DNA of 64,000 nucleotides. Source: Lachnospiraceae bacterium (GTDB lineage: Bacteria; Bacillota; Clostridia; Lachnospirales; Lachnospiraceae). The stretch spans positions 8,972 through 72,971 of the forward strand of contig SVFF01000003.1 in NCBI GenBank assembly GCA_015057005.1, given 5' to 3'. Under the pieces are notes generated by a model. That model made no database searches. It saw only the letters and a program-made list of their open reading frames with translations, and was not told the origin of the DNA. Below are positions 37,661-46,928 of this stretch, one piece after another. The stretch's first letter is position 1; each line of letters starts with the position of its first letter. The translations under genes and the position numbers were made by a program.

Positions 37661-38461
37661 ATGGGGAAACTGTTCTTTTTTGACGCAGACGGTACGATTT
37701 TAGATATCAAAAAGGGTGTGGCACCCGATGTGCCTCAGGCTATCAGGCGACTGACGGAAAGGGGGCATATGGCTTTCCTTTGCACCGGCAGAAGCCGGGC
37801 GTTTGTGCCAAGGGAGATAGAAAGACTGGGATTTACCGGTATGATCACCAATCTGGGCGCATACATAGAGTATCAGGGGAAAGCGGTATATGACAAGGAG
37901 ATTCCTCTGGCCGATGCCAAGCTGGCTCTGGAGACCTTGAGAGGGTATGGATTGGTGCCGGTGATGGAGGGCAATACCCATATGTATTATGATAAGTGGG
38001 AGTATACCAATCAGGTGGACTGGTATGCGGACCTGATCACCCGGGATATCGGGGAGCGGTGGCGTCCCATTGCAGGGAATGAAGAGCGGCTTCACATCAA
38101 CAAGATCAGTGCCAAGCGTCTGCCCGGCTGTAATGCTGAGGCTGCCTGCAGGGAGTTGGCCCACATTTTTGATTTTATCTGGCATGAAGGTGCGTTTGTG
38201 GGAAGTACTATTGAGATGATCGCCAAGGGACATTCCAAGGGACTGGCTATTGCGATTATGAGCAGTATCCTGGGTGTGGCTGCGGAGGACATTTTTGCAT
38301 TCGGAGACAGCAACAATGATTTGACCATGTTCCGGGTGGCCGGGCAAAAAATTGCCATGGGAGATGGCAGCACAGAGTTAAAGGCGGCTGCCGATTATGT
38401 GACGGCCACGGCCTTTGAGGGCGGTATTACCCGGGCGTTGGAGCATTATGGAGTGATTTAG
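37661..38461 (+). CDS. Cof-type HAD-IIB hydrolase
   Basis: FFDADGT, CTGRS, SKG and FGDSNND…AMG. Alternative start at 37613. Confidence 0.9.
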   Translation: MGKLFFFDADGTILDIKKGVAPDVPQAIRRLTERGHMAFLCTGRSRAFVPREIERLGFTGMITNLGAYIEYQGKAVYDKEIPLADAKLALETLRGYGLVPVMEGNTHMYYDKWEYTNQVDWYADLITRDIGERWRPIAGNEERLHINKISAKRLPGCNAEAACRELAHIFDFIWHEGAFVGSTIEMIAKGHSKGLAIAIMSSILGVAAEDIFAFGDSNNDLTMFRVAGQKIAMGDGSTELKAAADYVTATAFEGGITRALEHYGVI

Positions 38462-38478
38462 AAAGGGCGGAGATTACA

Positions 38479-39477
38479 ATGAAAGAGATTAGATTGGGAA
38501 CCATCGGTTCCGGTATGATCGTGCATGCGATTTTAGATTGCACCAAACAGGTTGAAGGAATCAGACTGGTGGCAGCATATTCCAGGGATCGGGCAAAGGG
38601 TGAAGAACTGGCAGCAGAATATGGCGCTTCCAAAGTATATACTGATATGGATGAGTTTCTTAAGGATGAGGAGATGAACGTGGTCTACGTGGCATCTCCC
38701 AACAGCCTGCACTATGAGCAGAGCAAGAAGGCACTGTTAGCCGGAAAGCATGTGCTTTGCGAGAAACCTTTCTGTACCAGAGCAGAGCAGGCAAGAGAGC
38801 TGCGTCAGATTGCCAGGGAAAAGGGGCTGATGCTGATTGATGCAACGCCTACTATATTCCTGCCCAATCTGGAGATTTTAAAGAGAGAACTGCCCAAGGT
38901 TGGTAAGGTGAAAATGGTGATGAGCAGCTACAGCCAGTATTCCAGCCGTTATGACAGGCTTCTGGCAGGGGAAGTGCCCAATGTGTTCAATCCCAAGTTC
39001 GCCGGCGGTTGCCTTATGGATATCAATTATTATAATGTGTATTTAAATGTATTGTTGTTTGGCAAACCCCAGGCCACTGTGTACTATCCCAATATTTATC
39101 CCGGCCTTGTGGACACTTCCGGTGTGGCGGTTATGCAGTATGATGGCTTTGTGGGAGAATGTGTTGGTGCTAAGGATACCTGGGGCGTGAATACCATGCA
39201 GATCCAGGGTGAAGAGGGCTTTATCTTCATCGAGGGCGGCAGCAACTGTCTGCTCAGCATCCGTGTGGTGACCAAGACTTCCGATGAGACCTTTAACCAG
39301 CAGTTTGAAGAAAACAGATGGTTGTACGAGGTACAGGAAGTGACCAAGGTGCTGCTTAACGAAGACCATGATTTTATTGAGCAGGGGCTGGATGTAATGG
39401 AGAATGTGGTAGAAGTGATCGAGGGTGCCAGAAAGGCAGCCGGCATTTTCTTCCCAGGAGATGAGTGCGGAAACTAA
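38479..39477 (+). CDS. Gfo/Idh/MocA family oxidoreductase
   Basis: GTIGSGMI, YVASPNSLH, HVLCEKP and GGCLMDI. Confidence 0.9.
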   Translation: MKEIRLGTIGSGMIVHAILDCTKQVEGIRLVAAYSRDRAKGEELAAEYGASKVYTDMDEFLKDEEMNVVYVASPNSLHYEQSKKALLAGKHVLCEKPFCTRAEQARELRQIAREKGLMLIDATPTIFLPNLEILKRELPKVGKVKMVMSSYSQYSSRYDRLLAGEVPNVFNPKFAGGCLMDINYYNVYLNVLLFGKPQATVYYPNIYPGLVDTSGVAVMQYDGFVGECVGAKDTWGVNTMQIQGEEGFIFIEGGSNCLLSIRVVTKTSDETFNQQFEENRWLYEVQEVTKVLLNEDHDFIEQGLDVMENVVEVIEGARKAAGIFFPGDECGN

Positions 39478-39551
39478 TTACCGGACAAGATAGTTTGGAA
39501 TAAAAGGAAAATCCCGAAGTGAAAAAAGCGTAAAAAATAGCAGCAAAACGA

Positions 39552-39604
39552 TTGACAAATACACAATGTGATGGTATATTAATATCAGTAATCATTACTG
39601 ATAT
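39552..39604 (+). promoter_or_regulatory. sigma70 promoter with PerR/Fur-like palindrome
   Basis: TTGACA-17-TATATT, then atatcagtaat-c-attactgatat (39582-39604) upstream of rubrerythrin. Confidence 0.7.
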
Positions 39605-39675
39605 CGAGCGCGGAAATGATTACCTACGGGAAAGAAGCAAAAAAAATATTTTAAATGAGAAAAGGAGCGGAAGTT

Positions 39676-40326
39676 ATGAAGAAGTTTGTATGTACCGTTT
39701 GTGGTTATGAACATGTGGGAGAGGCAGCACCTGAAAAGTGCCCTAAGTGCAAGCAGCCCGCTTCTGTATTTAAGGAGGTAATTGAAGTGAAGAACAAATT
39801 TGCAGGAACCAAGACCGAGAAGAACCTTTGGGAAGCTTTCGCAGGCGAATCCCAGGCAAGAAACAAGTACACCTACTTTGCATCCGTAGCAAAGAAGGCA
39901 GGCTATGAGCAGATTGCAGCTATTTTCCTGCAGACTGCTGAAAATGAGAAGGAGCATGCTAAGCTTTGGTTCAAGGCCCTGGGCGAACTGGGCGATACCG
40001 CTGAGAATCTGCTTCATGCAGCAGAAGGCGAGAACGCAGAGTGGACCGATATGTATGACCGCATGGCAAGAGAAGCTGAGGAAGAGGGCTTCACCGAGCT
40101 GGCAGCACAGTTCAGAGGTGTTGCAGCTATCGAGAAGACTCATGAGGAGAGATACCGTGCACTGCTTAAGAACGTTGAGAGCCTGCAGGTATTTGAGAAG
40201 AGCGGCGTGACTGTTTGGGAGTGCCGTAACTGCGGCCATGTAGTAGTTGGCTTAAAGGCACCCGAGGTTTGTCCTGTATGTAACCATCCTCAGGCTTACT
40301 TCGAAGTGAGAAAAGAGAATTACTAA
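39676..40326 (+). CDS. rbr: rubrerythrin with N- and C-terminal rubredoxin-like domains
   Basis: AAGGAG RBS; CTVCGY…CPKC, a diiron domain ([28 protein letters not shown]) and CRNCGH…CPVC. Confidence 0.9.
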   Translation: MKKFVCTVCGYEHVGEAAPEKCPKCKQPASVFKEVIEVKNKFAGTKTEKNLWEAFAGESQARNKYTYFASVAKKAGYEQIAAIFLQTAENEKEHAKLWFKALGELGDTAENLLHAAEGENAEWTDMYDRMAREAEEEGFTELAAQFRGVAAIEKTHEERYRALLKNVESLQVFEKSGVTVWECRNCGHVVVGLKAPEVCPVCNHPQAYFEVRKENY

Positions 40327-40367
40327 TTGAAAAGAGAGACTTTCTGATATTGAAAGAATAAAGTGAT

Positions 40368-40392
40368 AAGGGCGTCCGGAAGGACGCCCTTG
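40368..40392. terminator. hairpin terminator between convergent genes
   Basis: aagggcgtcc-ggaa-ggacgccctt. Confidence 0.7.
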
Positions 40393-40404
40393 TTGTGTGT
40401 TGGA

Positions 40405-41559
40405 TTATTCCCAGGAATCGTCTGCGTTCTCCTGGGCTGCTGTGCGGACCATGATGCCGTTAACCTCTACACTGCCCCCCAGTTCAATGACAAGGCATTC
40501 CCGGCCGTTGATATTGCGGGTCTCGATCAGGTCAGCACGCTCGGGATTGACCTTGATGACTACATCCGGTGTCTTTACTTCCAGAGTGCGGGTGTTGACT
40601 ACATTATTTACAAAAAGGGCGGTATCTTCGCCGGCGGTAGCATCATAGTATTGGTCGAAAACTTCCATTTTTTCGTTGGCCACACCGCTGCTGGCAAAGA
40701 TGGTCTTCACTTCGTTCTTATCAAGCTTGAGGGGTTCGGGGTCCTCTTTGTGTTCCTGAACCATCTCGTTGATCTTCTCGTGGATGATGATGACAGTCTC
40801 AATGTCACAGGTCTCGCCCAGTGTTTCTTCGATCAGGGCATGGAAGGTCTCTTTCTGGCTTCCTGCAGAAAGGGGCATGGAACAGCCCAGCAGCTGCTGC
40901 GCAAAATCTTCTTTCAGCTCCTCTGAATCCTTGGAATAGTACAAAGTGCTGTGCAGATCGGCACCACGGTCATTGAAAGCGGGGAAAAGAAATGCTGTTT
41001 CCGGCATGTCCACCACCCAATCACGGATGCGGTTCTGGAAGGTGTTTTCAACAGCATTGTAACTTAATCCGGGTTTGGAGAGATTGACAGGGCAGATGCA
41101 GGTGAGAATGTATTCGTACACCTCATCGGAAGCATCCTCCATCTCAATGCCGTCCAGAGTTTTGCCTGGCACGTCGTACACATCGTGGATCACCAGGATC
41201 AGGTAATTGCCCACATATTCATAGGTCTCGATGATCTTGTCGTAATAAGCTTCCAGCAGTGCATCATCCTTCAGCCTGCTATCACGGAGCTTTAAAAGGA
41301 ATTCCTGAGGACCGCCCTCAAATTCAGCAGCCAGAGGGAAATCCAGAGTCAGCAGATTCTTGCCGATGGTACCGGAGAGAGACTTTCTGAGAATTTCAAA
41401 ATACTTAAACATTTCTTCCTCAGGCAGAGCCAGAAAGGCCTGTTTTAACTGGGTCTTCTTATTCTTTTCTCCATCCACATAGCAGCCGCAGATGCGGGTG
41501 ATGGAACAATTTTTCTGGGTAAAAAGTTTCTTGATTTCACTGATTTCCTGTTTTGTCAT
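40405..41559 (-). CDS. DUF4317 family protein
   Basis: Typical clostridial sequence (ITRICGCYVDGEK…YDVPGKTLDG…FLFPAFNDR…KVNPER). Confidence 0.8.
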   Translation of the reverse strand: MTKQEISEIKKLFTQKNCSITRICGCYVDGEKNKKTQLKQAFLALPEEEMFKYFEILRKSLSGTIGKNLLTLDFPLAAEFEGGPQEFLLKLRDSRLKDDALLEAYYDKIIETYEYVGNYLILVIHDVYDVPGKTLDGIEMEDASDEVYEYILTCICPVNLSKPGLSYNAVENTFQNRIRDWVVDMPETAFLFPAFNDRGADLHSTLYYSKDSEELKEDFAQQLLGCSMPLSAGSQKETFHALIEETLGETCDIETVIIIHEKINEMVQEHKEDPEPLKLDKNEVKTIFASSGVANEKMEVFDQYYDATAGEDTALFVNNVVNTRTLEVKTPDVVIKVNPERADLIETRNINGRECLVIELGGSVEVNGIMVRTAAQENADDSWE

Positions 41560-41602
41560 GTATGTAAGGTCCTTTCGTAATGGGTTTCGTATTGTAATAG
41601 GT

Positions 41603-42460
41603 TTATAATGAACTAAGAAGTATTTTTACGTCGGCTAATATCTTCTCTTGTTTTTGGGGAGGATTATTGCCGTTTAATTTGGAGACAAGGATTGGAAGAG
41701 TCCATTGCTCCAGTGCTGATAAATCCCGGTTGGTCAATTTTGTATATTCGGTCAAAAACACTTTTGAGAAATCGTTTTGATATTCCGTTATGAAATGGAA
41801 GGCCGGTTCCGGTAAAGCGATTGATACATTGGCGTATCGCATAGTCAATACATATTCCGCAATATTATACATAAAATTACCGTTTACGCAATTGTTCCAA
41901 TCGATTACACGGATAGTTCCGTTTTGGACAATGAAATTGCCGGGATTGGGGTCTCCGTGAATCAGCGAATTTCCATCGGGCAACTTGGCGATTAAGTCCA
42001 TCACTTTCGCTTTTTCGGATTTGGACAAGTACGTGTTATATTTACAGCCATTTGATAAAGCAATTTTGTCTGTTTCCTGTAAACTGCAGGTGTGTGCATG
42101 AAAGTCTGCCAAGGTGGCGGCAACGGTTTTTATCTGCCCTTGAATCACGTCAGAAATAAAAATTTCATGGTTAGACATTTGATTTTCAAAACAAAAGGCA
42201 AGATGGTTCATTAGAATCTCCATGAGAGAATGGCCGCTAATGTGTTCCATAATGATGCCACGCCGATTATCTATTTCTATCAATTCATAGGGCTGAGGAA
42301 CGGGGATGCCTAAGTCATATGCTTCTTTCATTTTCAAGTATTCGTATTCTGCACTACCGGTGTTTGGCGCGTATAACTTGCAGACTTTTCCGTGACCGCA
42401 TTCGTATACATTGGCGGTAGCCCCTGAACCGATTTGTTTGCCAAGAAGTATCTCTGTCAT
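41603..42460 (-). CDS. aminoglycoside phosphotransferase (APH)-like kinase
   Basis: IGSGATANVY P-loop, IHGDPNPGNF and VIDW; GAGGA RBS before ATG 42460. Confidence 0.82.
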   Translation of the reverse strand: MTEILLGKQIGSGATANVYECGHGKVCKLYAPNTGSAEYEYLKMKEAYDLGIPVPQPYELIEIDNRRGIIMEHISGHSLMEILMNHLAFCFENQMSNHEIFISDVIQGQIKTVAATLADFHAHTCSLQETDKIALSNGCKYNTYLSKSEKAKVMDLIAKLPDGNSLIHGDPNPGNFIVQNGTIRVIDWNNCVNGNFMYNIAEYVLTMRYANVSIALPEPAFHFITEYQNDFSKVFLTEYTKLTNRDLSALEQWTLPILVSKLNGNNPPQKQEKILADVKILLSSL

Positions 42461-42774
42461 ATACGGATCCTCATACAAAATAAATAGAGTAATGTTTTAT
42501 GATTATATCATGTTTGAAAAGGGTTTTCTACTATATTCTGTTTTACGATGTGTTACCAAAATATTTTACTTCAATATTTTAATCCTTTTTGAAAATGGAT
42601 ATTTACAATATTAGAAAAAGCAACAGTTGGCAGATTGGGTTGAGGTGGAAGCCAAGAAGTGTTAAAATGATTATTGTTATATGAGATTATGTGATTGTAG
42701 GTCTTGGAACCTTAAATGGTATGTGGTGACACGAATAATGATACAAAAGAATAATTATACGAGGAGCAAAAGTA

Positions 42775-43629
42775 ATGAAAATCACATCTTTGCTGGAAAA
42801 TACAACCACAAATGAGCAGTTCAAAGTGGAGCACGGTCTGTCTTTGTTCATAGAGACTGAAAGTTACAAAATTCTTTTTGATATGGGGCAGAGCGATCTG
42901 TTCGCAGAAAATGCGAAGACCTTGGGGATTGATTTGAAGGAAGTGGACATTGCAGTATTATCCCACGGACATTACGATCACGGCGGCGGATTGGCTAAGT
43001 TTTTGACGCTCAATGATCATGCACCGGTGTACGTCAGTGCCAAAGCCTTTGAACGCCATTACAACGGAAGTGAAAAGTATATTGGTCTGGACCCCGCACT
43101 GCAGGGTAATGCGAGATTGCAGGTGATCAATGAGGAAGCGTGCGAAGCATCCTCCGATGTGCCGGGAAAAGGCGTGGCCATCGTCTCAGGGCTTACGCTT
43201 TACACTTGCAATCACCTGGTGCGCAAATATAATCTGGGAAGCTTCGGGCTGACGATGGTTAGGGAAGATGATCGACAGAAGGAAGCGTACGAGAACAGAG
43301 AGCAGAAGCAGGAACTGCTTCCGGATGATTTCACCCACGAACAGTACCTGTTGATTGAAGAAAAGGGCAAACGTGTGCTGATCAGCGGCTGCTCCCACAA
43401 GGGAATTATGGATATTGTGGACTGGTTTGAGCCGGATGTGCTGGTGGGCGGTTTTCATTTTTCAAAGCTTCCTTTGGATGAGACGTTGGCCGGATACGCA
43501 ATGCAGTTGGCACAGCATAACACCATGTTTTATACTTGTCACTGTACCGGAAAGGAACAGTATGAATATATGAAAAAATATATGCCGCGCCTGGAATATT
43601 TATCCTGCGGCCATAGTATTGAGATCTAA
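42775..43629 (+). CDS. MBL-fold metallo-hydrolase
   Basis: EHGLS, LFDMG, SHGHYDHGGG, SGCSH, GGFH and CHCTG. Confidence 0.9.
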   Translation: MKITSLLENTTTNEQFKVEHGLSLFIETESYKILFDMGQSDLFAENAKTLGIDLKEVDIAVLSHGHYDHGGGLAKFLTLNDHAPVYVSAKAFERHYNGSEKYIGLDPALQGNARLQVINEEACEASSDVPGKGVAIVSGLTLYTCNHLVRKYNLGSFGLTMVREDDRQKEAYENREQKQELLPDDFTHEQYLLIEEKGKRVLISGCSHKGIMDIVDWFEPDVLVGGFHFSKLPLDETLAGYAMQLAQHNTMFYTCHCTGKEQYEYMKKYMPRLEYLSCGHSIEI

Positions 43630-43688
43630 TAAAGATATATAGTGTATAGGAAATATTAGTATAAAGACAAATGCAAGGAGGCTACACC

Positions 43689-44657
43689 ATGAAAACATTT
43701 CGAAATCCCGTATCCCCTTTTTCAGCACCGGATCCCTTCATGACCTATGATCCGGTGACCGGATATTATTATGCACTTTTCACCAAAGGAAAATGTCTGG
43801 AGATTTACCGAAGCCGTCATGCCGGAAGTATCGTGAAGGATCAGGAGTCCAAGGTGATTTATGAGCCCAATGGTGAAAAGGACGGCATCTGGGGAGATAT
43901 CTGGGCTCCGGAGATGCATAGAGGAAGTAACGGGAAGTGGTATATTTACACCAGCGGCAGATATACGGAAGTACCCGGGCAGAAACGCTTGTTTATTATG
44001 GAAGCACTGAGTGACGATCCTTTCGGGGAGTGGCAGTTCAAATGTAAGCCAACGCCGGATGTGTTCTCAATTGATCCCACTGTTTATACTGCACCGGACG
44101 GCAGACAGTATATCTGTGATTCCAGAGTGGTGCCTGAGGTGGGACAGGTGTTGGAAATTTATGAATTGATCAATCCTTATACTTTTGCAGAAAAAGGAGA
44201 GATCCTGACAAAGGCCGAACTTTCCTGGGAACTTGTGCCTCCCTATGTGGGAACTGACGCTATTGTGGAAGGAGCCTTTTTCCTGGAAAGAGCCGGCAGA
44301 TTGTTTATCATTTATTCGGCTAACGGATGCTGGTCTGACCACTATTGTCTGGGGGTACTGGAGCATATGGGCGGAGAATTGTGTGACGCAGCCAATTGGA
44401 AAAAATATCCGGATCCTTTGTTTGTTTATGGTAATGGTGTCTATGGTCCGGGACATGCTTCTTTCTTCAGGTCACCGGATGGCAGCGAGGTTTGGTGTGC
44501 TTATCATGGAATGAAGGAACATAATGAAACAGTGACTTTGGCTCCCCGCTATTTTCATATACAAAAAGTGGATTTTGATGAGAGCGGATATCCTGTTATG
44601 GGGGTGCCGGTGGGGTGTGAAGCGGAATTGACACCTCCATCAGGGGAAAGAGAATGA
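43689..44657 (+). CDS. glycoside hydrolase family 43
   Basis: APDPF, WAPE, SIDP, VEGA, YSAN and GPGHASF. Confidence 0.9.
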   Translation: MKTFRNPVSPFSAPDPFMTYDPVTGYYYALFTKGKCLEIYRSRHAGSIVKDQESKVIYEPNGEKDGIWGDIWAPEMHRGSNGKWYIYTSGRYTEVPGQKRLFIMEALSDDPFGEWQFKCKPTPDVFSIDPTVYTAPDGRQYICDSRVVPEVGQVLEIYELINPYTFAEKGEILTKAELSWELVPPYVGTDAIVEGAFFLERAGRLFIIYSANGCWSDHYCLGVLEHMGGELCDAANWKKYPDPLFVYGNGVYGPGHASFFRSPDGSEVWCAYHGMKEHNETVTLAPRYFHIQKVDFDESGYPVMGVPVGCEAELTPPSGERE

Positions 44658-44833
44658 ATCGACAGGAAATAAATGTCTTAAAAAAGAGAATACAGAGGTA
44701 ACCTTTGTTTATTTGCCGTTTGCCCTCAAACATTGCGGTGTCTTTAAGTTGTGGTATCAAACAATATCATTTTATAATGGGATAGAACGAATTATAAGTT
44801 TTTATAGTTGATTTCAGACTTGGAGGTAACTGC

Positions 44834-45352
44834 ATGGAACAATTAAACATTACGGCATCAAAGGACAGCGAAAAGGTATACAAGATTCTGGGCGACCTGC
44901 TGAGTGCGGACAAGGAATTCCAGATTATGATCACAGTGCCTTCCGCAAAAGACAGCGGAGCAGAGCATGTGGAAAAAATACAGCAGAAAAAAGAAACCGT
45001 TCATGATCTGGAGCAGGATGTGACGGACATGATCCATGAGATTGGCGTGCCGGCTCACATCAAAGGTTATCAGTACCTGCGGGAAGCGATCATGATGTCC
45101 GTGGAGGATCCGGGGATGATCAGCTCTATCACAAAGATTTTGTATCCCACCATTGCGAAGCGTTTCCAGACTACATCCAGCAGGGTGGAGAGAGCCATCC
45201 GCCATGCTATTGAAGTGGCCTGGAGCAGAGGGAGAATGGAGACACTGGATGCCATGTTCGGCTATACCATTGATACAGGGAAGGGAAAGCCCACCAATTC
45301 GGAGTTTATTGCACTGATCGCAGACAGAATCAGGCTTTCTTACCGCTCCTGA
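44834..45352 (+). CDS. Spo0A C-terminal DNA-binding domain protein lacking the receiver domain
   Basis: [19 protein letters not shown]…[18 protein letters not shown]…KPTNSEFIA. Only ~55 aa precede it; GGAGG RBS. Confidence 0.88.
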   Translation: MEQLNITASKDSEKVYKILGDLLSADKEFQIMITVPSAKDSGAEHVEKIQQKKETVHDLEQDVTDMIHEIGVPAHIKGYQYLREAIMMSVEDPGMISSITKILYPTIAKRFQTTSSRVERAIRHAIEVAWSRGRMETLDAMFGYTIDTGKGKPTNSEFIALIADRIRLSYRS

Positions 45353-45440
45353 AAATTTTTTTCTTTTCACATAGAAAAAAATGGTGTATACTGTAAGAGA
45401 AGTATGTTTTCAATTGAGAAAAACATTTTTTGGAGGTACT

Positions 45441-46886
45441 ATGAAGAAAATATTATTTGTTGCGTCAGAAGCAGTTCCTTTTATTAAGACCGGCGGTTTG
45501 GCAGATGTTGTTGGTTCTTTGCCCAAGTATATTGATAAAGAAGATTATGATGTGAGAGTGATCATTCCCAAGTATGCAAGCATGAAGCCTGCTATGAAGG
45601 AGAAGCTGACAGATGTAACCAATTTCTCTATCGAGTATAATTGGCAGAATAAGTACGTTGGTATTCAGGAAGCAGAAGTGGACGGTGTTCGCTACTACTT
45701 CATTGACAATGAAGATTATTTCGGCGGAGCCGGTGTGTATACTTCCGATGCCCGCTATGAAGTAGAGCGCTATGCATTCTTTTGTCAGGCAGTGCTTTCA
45801 GCACTTCCTGTTATCGGATTCCAGCCTGAGGTGATCCATTGCCACGACTGGCAGACAGGTCTGATCCCTGTATATTTGAAAGAGCGCTTTGCTGGCGACG
45901 ATTTCTATCAGGGCGTAAAGTCCGTGATGACCATTCACAACCTGAAGTTCCAGGGAAAATGGATCATTGATGATGTAAAAACCATGACCGGTCTGGCTGA
46001 TCATTATTTTACAGCTGATAAGCTGGAAGCTTACGGTTCTGCGAACATGTTAAAGGCAGGTCTTGTGTATGCGGATGCGGTGACTACTGTAAGTAATACT
46101 TACGCAGAAGAGATCAAGACTGAGTTCTACGGCGAGGGCCTGGATGGACTGCTTCGTGCAAGAAGCGCTGACCTGCGCGGTATTGTCAACGGTATCGACT
46201 ACAGCGAGTTTGATCCTGCGAATGACAAATACCTGGCAAAGCCTTATACCGCTGAGAATTTCCGCAAGGAGAAGATCAAAAACAAACGTGCCCTGCAGAA
46301 GGAACTGGGCCTTGACCAGGATGACAAGAAGATGCTGATCGGTATTGTTTCCAGATTGACTGACCAGAAGGGTCTTGACCTGATCGCCCATGTACTGGAC
46401 GAACTGTGCCAGGATGATATCCAGCTGGTAGTACTGGGCACCGGTGAAGAACAGTACGAGAATATGTTCCGTCATTATGACTGGAAGTACAGCAACAAGG
46501 TGTCTGCCAATATTTTCTATTCAGATGCTCTGTCCCACAAGATTTATGCTTCCTGTGACGCTTTCCTGATGCCTTCCCTGTTTGAGCCCTGTGGTCTCTC
46601 CCAGCTGATGGCACTGCGTTACGGCACACTGCCCATCGTTCGTGAGACCGGCGGTCTGAAAGATACCGTTGAGCCCTACAACGAATATGAGGGTACTGGT
46701 ACAGGCTTCAGCTTTACCAATTATAATGCACATGATATGCTGCATACTATTCGCTACGCGGAACATATATATTACAAAAAGAAACGTGAGTGGAACAAGA
46801 TTGTAGACCGCGCCATGACAGCTGATTTCTCATGGAATGCTTCTGCAAGCAAGTACCAGGAAATGTACGACTGGCTGATCGGTTAA
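45441..46886 (+). CDS. glgA: glycogen synthase
   Basis: KTGGLADV, HCHDWQTG, TIHNL, NGID and MPSLFEPCGLSQL. Confidence 0.95.
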   Translation: MKKILFVASEAVPFIKTGGLADVVGSLPKYIDKEDYDVRVIIPKYASMKPAMKEKLTDVTNFSIEYNWQNKYVGIQEAEVDGVRYYFIDNEDYFGGAGVYTSDARYEVERYAFFCQAVLSALPVIGFQPEVIHCHDWQTGLIPVYLKERFAGDDFYQGVKSVMTIHNLKFQGKWIIDDVKTMTGLADHYFTADKLEAYGSANMLKAGLVYADAVTTVSNTYAEEIKTEFYGEGLDGLLRARSADLRGIVNGIDYSEFDPANDKYLAKPYTAENFRKEKIKNKRALQKELGLDQDDKKMLIGIVSRLTDQKGLDLIAHVLDELCQDDIQLVVLGTGEEQYENMFRHYDWKYSNKVSANIFYSDALSHKIYASCDAFLMPSLFEPCGLSQLMALRYGTLPIVRETGGLKDTVEPYNEYEGTGTGFSFTNYNAHDMLHTIRYAEHIYYKKKREWNKIVDRAMTADFSWNASASKYQEMYDWLIG

Positions 46887-46928
46887 TGCGGACTTATTCC
46901 GGATTGTGTCGGCCGAGGGTTGGAAGGT

